Shown here: one piece after another, positions 49,478 to 61,584 of the stretch | How positions within the stretch are numbered: the stretch's first letter is position 1 | How the letters are laid out: every line of letters begins with the position of its first letter | Assembly: GCA_052426225.1 (NCBI GenBank) | Contig: JBNJNM010000023.1 | Coordinates: forward strand, 124,001-188,000 | Origin: Zancudomyces culisetae HAW-14-8 | Lineage: Eukaryota; Fungi; Kickxellomycota | DNA length: 64,000 bases | Direction: 5' to 3' | Position numbers and translations under genes: made by a program | The notes under the pieces: model-generated | What the model saw: the letters and a program-made list of their open reading frames with translations, nothing else | Databases searched by the model: none | Told to the model about the DNA's origin: nothing

Positions 49478-51080
49478 TTAAGCGCTTAGCTGATTCCTGA
49501 GAACTGAGACCATGCTGGAAAGGACAGATTCGCTTTCAACAAAATCACAATCTAGAATTGTGCAGATATCGTCGAAGAAAACCTGCTCAAAGTACAAAAT
49601 CATGACCTGAACAACACTGGCTACGGAAGAGCATGAAGGTAGAGGCTGAGAATGAGCGAACGAGGCATGAATATTGTCTTTTGTGTAGCGCAGAAGAAGA
49701 GGCGTTATGGTTTTGGCCAGGTTGTGGGAATTCATCCTATTTTGAGAGGAGTACAGCGAGATGGAAAAGAACAGAGCGAAGATATGGGTAAGGAACTGGC
49801 GGGTTTTGGGAGGAATAGAAGGAAGGATGTTGGATCTGACAAAGGATATGCGGGCCTGCTCAAGGTTCTGCATTTGGGTAAGGGGGTGTTGATCAGCCTG
49901 TGAATCCGACTGGGGCGCAATTACTGGAAGTTGTGCACAGACAGAGTAGATTTCTTGAGTAAAGATTGGGTGGTCTAGCTCGGCCAAATACATTCTCAGC
50001 ATCGCAGCAATCAGGTATGCGCTAGTGTCAGAATCGTGTATGGGTGTGGCAGAAGGGCCTTCTAGGTATCTTTTTTTGAACTGCTGGATTTCCTGGACAT
50101 TTGGGACGCGCTTGAAGATGTTTATAGCAAAGGTGCCACGACTATGCAGTAGCAGAAGCCAGTCAATGACATCTGGTGGCAAACGGACCACATCATTGTT
50201 GTCGATTCCCAGCACAGCTTCCAAGTCAACGCCAAATGTTTTGCCTTTTACTGGTTGTGTGCTTGTATATGCTATTCCGCTATGTACTTTGAATTTCTCA
50301 TCTCCTGTAACTTGATTGTCTGCCTGGATAACCTGTTCGGGGAAATATATTAAGTCTGTAGGAACCAGCAGTTTAAGCTGTGCCAGCGTCGGCACCCACA
50401 CCAGCTTGTCGTAGAACTTTGTGCTAATCACAGCTCCTAATGTGTTGACCAGCATCATTGTCCATGTTCCTGGATGTACCACATACAGCCCCTTCAGGTT
50501 TTTTTTGAATTTTCTATCCAGGCTCATGTTGTATGCATTTACTAGCCATGCCCAACTTGGTTTTTGTACCTCTCCTCCTCCTAGGACTACCAGTGAATAA
50601 TCATTCTCCACAATATCTTGTACCTTTTCCAATATTTTCCTATTTTTTATTTAATTATCCCCCCCCCCATGTTGTTACTGCTTTCGTTATTCGTTTTTGC
50701 TCAGACTAAGTGCTTTTGCTGAAAAAATATTTCAGAAATATGTGTTTTTTTTGTCTTACTTTAATAAAATATCGTTTTCTTGATCAGTTCCACTCCTAAA
50801 GTAGCAAGGGGTAAGTACTATCATCGGCAGGCTCTGGTAATCAAGTCCTATTGTATTTTATTTAGTTGTATATCAATTCTTCGTCTTCTTATTATGTTTT
50901 TATACTTGTTTTAATACATAACCACCACCAAATCTCCTTGACTATCTTTTTTCTGTTACTGTGATTTTTTTTACCTGCAAAATATACTAGCCTGGGGTCA
51001 ATATCGTTTGTTTCGCCCACCCCTCGCTCTATGGCCTTTTCTTCGATGTCAAAATCGCGTTGGTGCTGTTGTTCAATCAT
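49478..51080 (-). CDS. BCH/CRAL-TRIO + RhoGAP protein (ARHGAP1/p50RhoGAP-like), 451 aa
   Basis: Exons 51080-50975, 50847-50760 and 50639-49478. VENDYSLV, LDRKFKKNLKGLYVVHP, ISTKFYDKL; GAP domain FGVDL...EL.HPIF...NRMNSHNLA. Confidence 0.92.
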
Positions 51081-51361
51081 TTCCGTATAACTACTGTTGT
51101 TATTGACCTATTCAGTTAAAAGAGTTGCGTTTGTGTATAGCTATAGTTTTTTGTATTAAACTTTATTTATGCACTGTGGAATAAGTTAAAGAATACTACA
51201 TTTAGTTTTTCCCAGGTTTAAATATGTAATCATAGAAAAAAAAAAGGATTGGGAACAAACTAATATGCAGGAATTTTAAGGCGGTCAATAAAATTCGAAC
51301 CCATTTTTAATTAGCGAAATGTGTATCAGTCAGTACACCTAAACTTGTGAAAAAACAAATA

Positions 51362-51425
51362 TATGAGTAAATGTACGAGCAAATGTACGAGCAAATTTAC
51401 GAACAAATGTGTATGGGCGAATTTG
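51362..51425. repeat. Degenerate 12-mer tandem repeat (AAATGTACGAGC), about 4-5 units
   Basis: gagtaaatgtac gagcaaatgtac gagcaaatttac gaacaaatgtgt. Confidence 0.8.
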
Positions 51426-53168
51426 TGTATATTCATCCCTGTGAATGAGTTTGTCCGGATAATAATGTGAGTTCTGCCATCTTTATAATTCTCTGCTTTT
51501 TTCGTTTATTTCTCCTCTTCCAGCTTATCACTAGTATTGTTTCTAGAAGGCAAATACCAATTAAGCAATAATAATAACACATATATGTTTTATCAAATTG
51601 AGTAGCTTCCTTTTCATTTACAAGTACCTCCTACCTCGCATCTTTTTATTTTGTTACGCTGACAGCTTGGGCCACCTAACAAGGAAAAAAACAAGATAAA
51701 TGATTGGATTCTTTTTTTAGTGGGCATACTCGTTCTCTTGCTCCCCCCCTACACAAAAATTGTAGGATGGAAAGTACCAATTGAAAGAAAGATACTATAA
51801 AGTGTTGTTATTTATTTGGATTGTATGTGCAGATCAGCAAATGAGTCTTACTCCCTACCCCCCTTTCCGATACACACACTCATGTCTAAAAGAACTTTTT
51901 GAATCAAAAAGCAATTGGAACTCAACTAAAGAGGAATAATAAAAAATATGGCGAAATAAACGCGGCAGGAAACAGGAGGGGATATTTGAGAAACTGAGTT
52001 ATCTAAAAACAGGTTTAACAACATGTTAGATTTTTAATAACGCAAGTTAGGTTTCTTTTAAAGCGTTTGCTGGTTTTGACTTGTGGCACCAGGTTTGTTT
52101 AAACCAAGTCCTGTTCATCATCGTGTCACTATTGAATACTCAAATGAAAGATATTCTCGTTTTAGATTACGAATTTGTTGACTCTATTTTCTGTTCCTCT
52201 TACCCTCTCTCTAACCCCCCCTCCCCCCTCCTCTCTAAAAATAAAAACAAAAAAAAAGCAGGCACTCAACTCAGTAGAGATGAATCTGGTAACATTTGCC
52301 TTTGGATGTCTAAATTCTATTTGATCTCCTGCCCACTTTAACCGATTCCCTCAACGTTGACAAAAAATGTAACAAGAAACTGTAAAAAACGTAGTAGTCA
52401 CGCCTATATAGATCCTAATACACTATCCACTTTTTCAGTAAGCCTCATCTCATAGTGTGGTGGCATCATACCCTGTTCACTATAAAGGAATAGGATTACC
52501 ATCCAGGAGAAAAGATTCAGGACTAGTACTACCAAAGCTCACACCCTTGGATCAGAAAAATAGAAACTAGCTGGTGCTAGCTAATAGTTTAATAAATATC
52601 GAGTTTAGACTGTTAATTGTTTTGGTAAAGTGGGTTGTAAAATGCTTGGTTTTTGGTCTAGAAAACAATACGTCTATTAGGGCAAGAAATATTATGAGCA
52701 CATGAATGCATATACACTACCCGAGCTTTTTTGTACCGTATCAGGGGGGATGGTGTTGAACATACCACTTACAAAAGTTACAGTAGCCTCTTCAAAAATA
52801 AACTTGACTTAAAAAGTGCACTTGGCTATGGAACTAGAAAAGCACTGCTGCTGCAATTCAGAATGCTGGAAATTTCAGTACATTAAAACTTCAGGTCAAG
52901 TTACCCAAAAATCTTGCACCAAAAATGAGCAAAGAAAAATGAGCCAAAAGGCTGCAGTAAAATTTTTCTTTTACAATGATTCGCTGAAAAAATGTAAAAT
53001 CCATAACTGTTAGAAAATTTGCGCAGAATTTTTTTCTATTTGCATTTCGGTGTGGTAGAAAAAAAAAAGCGAAAAAAAAGAAAAAGGATTAGGAAATAAT
53101 AAATTACATTTTCAGTTTCTAATTAAGATACGACAAAAAGTTCTTGAATAGTAATATAACAATCGAAA

Positions 53169-54135
53169 ATGGGTAAGTACAACAAAGTTATAACGAAAAG
53201 TTAAATGCTGCTGTCATCGAAGTGTGTCTGGGTCGTCTGATTTGTTTGCACATTCAATGGCACCGGTTGGGATAATACAATCGTTTAGAGGATATTGTGC
53301 TTATTAGGTGCAGACAAAATTGAATCTGACAAACTTTTTTTGAATCCGGAGGGGTGTTTAAGCAATCTAAACACGAATCCTATAACTTTTAAAGAAAAGT
53401 GAAAGAAACCGGATGCATTTTTGGTGCAGCGCAGTTTGGTTGTTTTGGACACCGAAAAATGTCTAACTATGTGATTTGTTTGATCTACTAAAATACAATA
53501 GGTAAAGGAAAACCATCTGGACTTAACGCCGCTCGTAAGCTTCGTAACCATCGCCGCGAAAATAGATGGGCTGATAAACAATACAAGAAGAGAGCTCTTG
53601 GAACAGCATACAAATCATCACCATTTGGTGGATCCTCCCATGCTAACGGTATCGTTCTGGAAAAGATGTGAGTATAACCCTCTTAGTTTGTTCTATTGTT
53701 TTTTGCGGCCATTGTCCTATATATTGGTGGCTTTATATTATGGTGTAGATGGTTTGGGGTCAGGAGAAAGTTATTATACACGTACTTTGAAGGTGTAGAC
53801 TAGTTGTTTTTATATATTAAAAGCATATTGTTTGCAATGCTAACAATTATTTGAATTCTAACTATAGTGGTATCGAAGCCAAACAACCAAACTCTGCTAT
53901 CCGTAAGTGTGTAAGAGTACAATTGAAGAAGAACGGTAAGAAGATCACCGCCTTCGTTCCAAATGATGGTTGTCTGAACTTTGTTGACGAAAACGACGAA
54001 GTCCTCATCGCTGGGTTCGGTCGTAAGGGAAGAGCTGTAGGAGATATTCCAGGAGTTAGATTTAAGATTGTTAAAGTTTCAGGAGTGTCATTGCTGGCTC
54101 TTTACAAGGAAAAGAAAGAGAAGCCAAGATCATAA
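53169..54135 (+). CDS. RPS23: 40S ribosomal protein S23 (uS12), 145 aa
   Basis: Exons 53169-53172, 53502-53667 and 53868-54135. [15 protein letters not shown]...[19 protein letters not shown]...GDIPGVRFK...KEKPRS. Confidence 0.98.
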
Positions 54136-54259
54136 ACTCTGTTTTATTTCATGACTTTTTCCCCTACTATTTCCTCCTCTCTCTACATGTTTTACTTAGT
54201 ATGAAGTGAATAATTGTTTATTATAATAAAATATATTTTTTGCAAATGGCTCACTCTTG

Positions 54260-55315
54260 ATTATCGTTTTGTGAATTGGTTATGGAATGATGGAAAGGGG
54301 GATGAGTACCACCAGTATATAGTAAAGAGTTTATTTGATGCACAGGTATACGTGAGAGTGTGAAACTACGAGTACGAAATGGACGACAATGTAAAAAGCA
54401 GATTGAAAGACAAGTCGAATATTGCAAAGTGGATAAAGGAAGTTGGAACGACCAGAGACAGAGCATTCCACAAATGAAGTGGCATGAAAACATGGATAGC
54501 AGATTTAATACAGAACCCCTTCAAACACTCGAAGGACACTTGGGTCACAGGGTACACAAGGTGGTCTAACAGATTCAACAGGATCAAGATTGATAATGTA
54601 CCAACCGGAGAGGTAAGAAAAACCAAAGAGACACTCGAGATAAACAACAGGCTGAAAGACAAGTCGAATATTACAAAGTGGATAAAGGAAGTTGGAGCAG
54701 GCCGACAAAGGAATTGGGTCGACTTACAAGCGGCCTTTCCACAGTACATGAAACACATTCTTTTCGTAGGTCGAATTCGAATAGGTCAATTTTGGACCGC
54801 CATGAGATTAGCAAATTCGGGGTTTATAGATCCAGCTTACAAAGCCAAATGTCCGTTCTGTAAGAAAGAAGAAAAAGAAACAGTTGAGCATTACTTACTA
54901 GATTGCAGCAGATGGGACGAGATTAGGAAGGATTTACTTACTGAATTTATAGATTTTTATAGTTCTTTTTTATCTAGCACGATTTCCGAGTGTGTTGAGC
55001 TTCGCAGGAAAATCGTGGGTAAACTCCTGGGGGAGGAGTTAAAGCTCAAACTACCTGGGATTCTTCGGGATCCAAACGCCACTTGCGTTAGAGCAGTGGT
55101 TTCCACAGCCCGGTTTCTTAACGAGACCTTTTTACCTCGCTACCTATTGTTGAAAGACATTAGTGTAGTCCCACTCCCCTTGAACCAATGCCCATCGGGT
55201 ACGGAGACTCTAGAGAGTCGAAGGGGAATAGGATGAGTTTAGATTATAGATTGTTTTTATTTTTTAGGAACTGTTTATTTTCTAAATAAATTTTTTTCTA
55301 ACGAAAAAAAAAAGC
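54260..55315 (+). mobile_element. 5'-truncated non-LTR retrotransposon (ORF2 C-terminus with CCHC finger), non-functional
   Basis: CPFCKKEEKETVEHYLLDC finger, no RT core, a TGA where Trp is expected just upstream (RAFHK*SGMKTWIADLI), an internal 44-nt duplication and an A-run at about 55303-55313. Boundaries are approximate. Confidence 0.85.
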
Positions 55316-55426
55316 AATTTTTGGGTTCATTCGGATTAAAAATATTACTTTATTGAAAGTGTGTTTAACAGAACAGTAATGTTGAAAAATAAAATAGCTA
55401 TAAAACATAAAACTTAACAAGGCATT

Positions 55427-56934
55427 TCAAAATATCTTTGAAATTCTTTTCATGATTTTTTTAAACCCAAGCGTTTTGTATTTTTCTGAATCTGCTGTAG
55501 ACTGGAATTTTTCATCAAGATGCATCTGTTTAACCTCCAAGAGATCTGATTTTGGTGCTGAGTCCTGCAAAGCTTGCAATAGTTCCTTCACTTCCTGGGC
55601 GTTTGTGTCTTGCTTTTTTGTCTCGCCACCGTTTGCATCTTTCTGTGCGGATTCCTGTTTCTCCGCATGTTGTTCCTGGTGTGCCTCCACCTCTTGACTC
55701 TTCTGCTCCTCTTTCTGTGCATCTGCTACCTTCTCAGCGACTGGAGTTTCGGGTTTAGCTTCAGCTTCAGCTTCTTTTACCTCGTTGTTTTTTGGCGCAT
55801 TTGACTTGTCGGAATCCTGTCTGATCAACTTTTTCGCGTTTTTCAATAGATCGCTGGCTATCTGCTTCAGTGGAACATCTTCACTATTCCCACTTTTTTC
55901 ACTAACACCTGTTGAGTCATCTATATTTTTAATATATTTTTTAAAAAAAGTGTTATGGGTACTACTCGACATTTATTTGTTACCATATAGATCTGGGTGT
56001 ATACCAGGTACACGATCATGTACTTTGTAATATATCTGTGAATTACCTTTTTCAGTCTTATTAATACGACTAATGCTTGTATCAACCTTCAAGGTGTTTT
56101 GCTTGCTTACTGTCATAAAACTAGCAGGCTCAACATCTTTCTTCCTGTTCTCTCTTATTCTTTCCATGATTGAAGAGTCGGTATTGCTTGACTGCTGACC
56201 TGACTTTTTGGTTTTTCCATTCCCATTCCCATTTCCAAGATATTTACAGACTATCTCTGAAAATTTAAGACCCTGGGTTTTACCCACTTCGAGTTCACTT
56301 TGAGTGGGTTTCTTGTTGTTTTCCTGTCCAATAATTGTACCAGCACCATATGATGAACCGCCACAGCTAATGTCCGCACTTCCTGGCTGTTTCAAATTCT
56401 CCGGGTTTCCCAATGGCACATAAATTAGCTCATGGTAGGCCAACATAGGCAATATTGAAAATGCCATTGCTTCTTGACCGCTTGCTTGATTTTCAGTTGA
56501 GAAAAATACACCTACCATCTTTCCTTTAAGATTCAGCTCATTTTTGTGCTTTTCAATGGAATCCCAAAAGTTTCTGTAACAAGCCGGGGCTGCCCCTGTT
56601 CTACTATGCATTCCAAAGATATACCCATCTGCGTTGTTCATCATTTTTGGTGAAATCACTGGAATTACTTTTTTTTTCTGCTTGTCGCTTTTTTTTTCTG
56701 TAGTGTATGGTACAGCCATTTATAATATATTAAATATATAATTATTCCGTTTATACCTATAAGGCTAATATAAAACTATCTTTGCTTACCAGATCTGGAT
56801 CCAGCATCTTCAACGCGAAATTCTTCGGATTTTACATCGAGCTTTTCCTCCAAACCCTCCTTTATCGACTCGCCCAACTTCACGAGATTCTTGCCCTGGG
56901 AAAAATATATGATATAAACAACAGGTTTTGCCAT
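55427..56934 (-). CDS. Flavodoxin-like fold protein (WrbA/Pst2-type quinone reductase homolog, degenerate) with a long charged C-terminal tail, 429 aa
   Basis: Exons 56934-56790, 56697-56047 and 55920-55427. VYIIYFS, ADGYIFG, FWD, LKGKMVGVFFST...GQE, IYVPLG, GGSSYGAGT and PT..EL..G..QG..F. Confidence 0.85.
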
Positions 56935-59900
56935 TTTCTTGTAGCTTGGTCTTGTAGATAATCAAAAAAAAAAGTAATAAATTAGCTTGGATATATCTAT
57001 ATTTCTTCCGAGTTGGATATTATATAGTGTATTTCGGGCTTTATAGCTAGCAAAGTGTTGAAGAAAAAAAAAAGATTTGCGGTCAGGGTGTGTATCAGTA
57101 TATTAAATAGGCGAGTTTGTTGGATCTAAAATAGATACTTATTTTGGGTGAGGCCCACTACTATTATCACCTTTTCATTGTGTTTGGGCTTGTATATGGC
57201 ATTTTTTCACGACATTTCCTTTGTTGTCATTTTTCAACATAAAAAAATCTTGTTATAGGAAGAAAAACTTGTATAGCTCAAGTGGGACATCTGTAATTAA
57301 CCCACAATATTCAAAGCATCGATGTTATTATGTATTTGAGCTAATCGAAGTAACATTAAGGTAAATGGTTTCAAATGATTATTGCTTAAACACCTTTTGG
57401 TCAATTCATTGTCGCATATACAATTATTACCCACAGAGTATGACCCTTTGAAAAACAGTAAACAATACAAAAAAAATTATCTGCGCGCAAAGCAAGTACT
57501 TTGTTAAAAAAAAACGTTTTATCAACAATATTTAATTCCACATTACTCATTTAATAACCCCGCGCGGGGGCCCTATTTCAATCTATTTTATAGACTAAAG
57601 CCGACAATGTATCTGGGATAATGGACTTTTGGTACCAACAATCAATTTGCCATTTGATTTTCTTTTTGGTCAAAGCAATTTTTACTATTGTTTGCTATAA
57701 TCAAATCCATTCCAAGTTGCCAGCCTGGAAGCGGTTGTGTAGTATCTTTTTTTTTGTAACACCAAAGTAATAAATGAAGGGGGGGTGGTTGGTGGAAAAA
57801 AAATATACCCTATACTTTTTTGTTTACCAGTATCAAAAAGTACCATTTAGACGTGTTTTTTTGTTGAAAAATAAAGGCTTGTTCATGTCTTGCAAGGAGG
57901 CCTGGATTAGTGTCGAGCTGAATTGTTGGTGTTATGAGTACATGATATTTCAACTCGAGTTGGGCCAATGTATTTTAAACCAACCAGGAAAAAAAAGGTA
58001 AATAAGACAAATAAATTCGCTATTGTTTCTGCTTTTTCTATTCAGGATAATAGGAATAGTACTAACTCTTCTTGTCTCCAACCGTAGTACATGAGTTTTA
58101 TAACAGGTATGGTGAGTATGATTCTGGAGGTTTATTTTTTTATAGAAATACCAACGCCTTTTTCTGAAATCGCATCATACGTTGAACACTTGACCTTCAA
58201 AGTATTGTAGAAAAAACGGTAGAAAAAACAAAAAAGCAAGAAATATTTCGTGACATCACACAAATTTTAGGTTAATCAAAAGTTAAACATCAGAATTACT
58301 GCTACCGCTTTTAATATTCTTTTAAATATATATTTCTCCTTAAATAACACGTTTGCGACTGCCTAAATACAAATGTTTCTCAGTACGTGTTTTTTAACAA
58401 GGTTCGCTCTTTTTTTTGATAGTAATTGTAGGTTTGAAGCGGTCACATCATAAAAAAAAACTTCTTGCGTACCTGGTAGATACTCCCCCCCCCTACCCAC
58501 TATACCGAATTTTTTTCTAGCCAAACACATGTACGCCATTAAATACCTGCTACTATCACTGATGTTGAAAAGGCATACTTTTTAAATAGAATATCAACAA
58601 TAACGCCGTAATGTAAATTTTGCTGTCTTGCTATTACTATATTATTTTAGCACCTGCAACAATAATTCGTTACAAACATGAGTATATGTTTTATAAAGTA
58701 ATAAACTTTCAAGTAAATATAAAAAGTATAAATAATTTTTTAATGTTCCTTTTTTTTCAAAAACGCGCAGTTGTTGAAAGGTTCCCGTGTGGCTCGACTT
58801 TTAAGTTCGTTTTCTGGGGTAACAATTATGCCGTACCCACTCACTTTTACCTTAGATACATTCTGGTATACCTTTAAGCCCTGCTCTAACAAGCTCGTGG
58901 TTCTACAAAAAAAAAACACTAAATTTGCACTTTGGAATAAATCGAAGTGTCATACATAATTTACACTTTAAGAACAAGAAATAACTTTACATCATTCAGG
59001 TAGTGGTTAACTGGAAATATGCTAATAGTGTCTACAAAAGCATGTAAGGTTAGCGGTATAGATCTAATGGCCTCTAGATGACTTGGCCCTACTATTGATC
59101 TTTAATTAGAATTAACACATTTTAGACCACTTGGTAAGTGATATGCTAACCTCATTCCTCCTACATTAATTTTATACCCCAAGCTAGAAGCGAAGTTTAT
59201 TTATTTACACATTTTTTTATCATAACTAGAATGGTTATATTTAGTGGAGTGCAATTTACAATACTTTTCCCCTTAATGTGATGTGACGTGATGTGATGGT
59301 CATTTTATCCAGCATTGAACTTACTGTGTCTAACGATTTTGTGTTTATTTTCTGTAAATAATACTAGCCTTGGATAGCTTCAAAAAAAACACACTTTAAA
59401 GGTTAGTGACAAGAGCATGTACTCTCCTCCACTTTCTATTATTTCTTGGTGTGTTTTTATGCTTTTCTATTGTTGTTTTACCATTAGTGTTGAATTTTGT
59501 TTTGTCACTTCCAAGATAAAATCAAACAAAATAATCAAAATTTCGTAAATAATAAGAATAATTTAAATTACAAAACAAACAATTATCTCATTATCTGTTA
59601 TACTGGGTGTTGTATCTCCTCTTTAAATTGCATGGTTTTTAGTGGATAGAAGGGGTAACTAGTAAGCAACTGAAGATAGCAAACAATTAAACGCTATAGC
59701 AGTAATTGGTGGAATAACTACAGATAAATACGTTCAGTTATTTATCTAGATATACTATCTCTGTCTTTGTCGCTAATTTAGAAAAGACTCGTTAAAAATA
59801 AAGTATACAAGTAGTAAATCTGAGATTTATCAAAATATCAAAACTAAATAAAACAACGTTATAAACATAAAGATAGTCTAATATACTTATTGCGCTTGCT

Positions 59901-60132
59901 AGTAAGCTTTATAAACAAAACAAGAAGGTGGTAAACAGGATTTTGAGTTAATATTTTTGGAATAAATATAATGGTAATAGCTCGATAAAAAAAGTTGCTT
60001 ATACAAAAGAATAAGAGCATTACCCAGCATTCCAGGTGTCAGTAAACTTAGAAAATAATGAGGCTGTTGAAAAGAGAGTGTAAGTTGAAACGTTTTCTTT
60101 ATCCCCATCTACCTACATACATATACCTTTAG

Positions 60133-61584
60133 CTGGCAACAGAAAGAACTAAATATTGGTATACAAAAAATACCACTATAAATATAGCATGTGGGCCTGG
60201 GAAATATTGTGAGTCTCTAGACTCTACTGAATGGGAGGTTGGGAAAAAGAGCACGCTTCGCTGGAACAAGGACTACACCAGTTTTCTGGTGGTTGGTACA
60301 GTAGACGTGTATATCTATAACATGGACAATAAAAAAGTACCCGTTAAAAAGTACACCGGAATTCCCAATGGAGACGGCTCAATAGTAATAGAACCTGAGA
60401 AAAGTTGGATAACTACTAGCCAGCTGGACACAGTTGATAACAATATAAATACAGAAACAAAATACCAGTTTGGATTTGAAATAGTTCCTAATGGGGAGGC
60501 GCCTGTTGGTCCTGACAGTCCATCGGTTTTTCTTATACATAATACGGACTATTCAACACTCAAAAACTCAAACGCTGAACCCCAGGACAGTTCGATTACT
60601 GGTTCCGTAGATAGCCTATTTAATAATTCTAGACAAAATAATACAAAGGATATAAACGGCTATGAACCTGAGCGACTGGCGTTGTTTGAGAAAATTGTTA
60701 TTGCATTTGGAGTGATTTTAGGACTACTTGTATTGTGTTTTGTCCTATACTTGGTACTGAAGCGACAAAAAGAAAAGCGAAAAAGAAGACGAATGAGCAG
60801 AGATGCTGTATTCAATGTAGTTGACAAGGATTATCCCAATACAGAATCCAGCATCAAGTTCTTAAATAGTGCGCTGAGTGGTAGCGATTATTTTAGCGGA
60901 ATAAAATCTAGTAGCACTAATAATATACAAAACGATACCTCGTCATCATATAACATCATCGGCACTGACCCTCCACTTTTCAGAAATCAACTAAATAATA
61001 ATTCAAACTCTACACAACAAATTTCAATGAGTGGAAGTGCACTTAAAGCTGAATTAAAAGCAAAAGTCAATGGTACTACTCAGTCTCCAAGATCCAGTAA
61101 TACCTCTACGCTTCATAACTTTAGCTTACTTTATGCAACAACACATGGAACACCCCTCGAGGAAAACAATACTCCGACTGCATTCACCGGAATCTTAAAT
61201 AGCAAAAGCGCTGGATGGAATATGCAGCCAAAGTCGATTAATGATTACAATAAGGGTCGTTTAAGTCAAACCCTAGGTGATGGGGCTGATATTAACAATG
61301 CACAAAAATCTATCAGAAGAGCACAGCACACGTCAAGCCTCTCAACAATAGATGCAAAAATTATTGGAGAGGAATTCAGAAAAGCTTTAGAAAAGGCTCC
61401 AGCAGAAGATGAGCTTTATATTACTGAAAAGGGGTTACGAGAAAAGAAAGATAGCGGTGAGTATTGGCGAGAAGGTATGGCATTTACACGTATGAAAAGA
61501 GTGTTGAGCAATGATTTGTCTGTTATAAAAACTGTCGAATGTAAACCTGTAGCTGCTGTATTTGATAGTAATTTAAGATGGTAG
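60133..61584 (+). CDS. Single-pass membrane protein (Cys-containing beta-rich ectodomain, TM, basic stop-transfer, S/N-rich cytosolic tail); 5' exon(s) unresolved
   Basis: The frame is open from a TAG acceptor at 60132. WEVGKKSTLRWN...VDVYIY, TM IVIAFGVILGLLVLCFVLYLVL, then KRQKEKRKRRR. A GTAAGT donor lies at 60080 but its phase does not join simply. Confidence 0.75.
   Translation: MATERTKYWYTKNTTINIACGPGKYCESLDSTEWEVGKKSTLRWNKDYTSFLVVGTVDVYIYNMDNKKVPVKKYTGIPNGDGSIVIEPEKSWITTSQLDTVDNNINTETKYQFGFEIVPNGEAPVGPDSPSVFLIHNTDYSTLKNSNAEPQDSSITGSVDSLFNNSRQNNTKDINGYEPERLALFEKIVIAFGVILGLLVLCFVLYLVLKRQKEKRKRRRMSRDAVFNVVDKDYPNTESSIKFLNSALSGSDYFSGIKSSSTNNIQNDTSSSYNIIGTDPPLFRNQLNNNSNSTQQISMSGSALKAELKAKVNGTTQSPRSSNTSTLHNFSLLYATTHGTPLEENNTPTAFTGILNSKSAGWNMQPKSINDYNKGRLSQTLGDGADINNAQKSIRRAQHTSSLSTIDAKIIGEEFRKALEKAPAEDELYITEKGLREKKDSGEYWREGMAFTRMKRVLSNDLSVIKTVECKPVAAVFDSNLRW

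Noticed and set aside
51270-51345. GGGTTCGAAT on the minus strand, like a tRNA T-loop
   Set aside because: No paired T-stem, D-arm or acceptor stem can be built.
55970-55975. In-frame TAA-ATG junction between the 248-aa and 181-aa ORFs, suggesting readthrough or reinitiation
   Set aside because: A canonical 126-nt intron (G|GTAATT...TATAG|AT, 56046-55921) removes the stop in frame; splicing is the simpler explanation.
57737-57750. GTGTAGTATCT, like the U2 branch-pairing region
   Set aside because: Flanks do not match U2 and it runs into a T tract.
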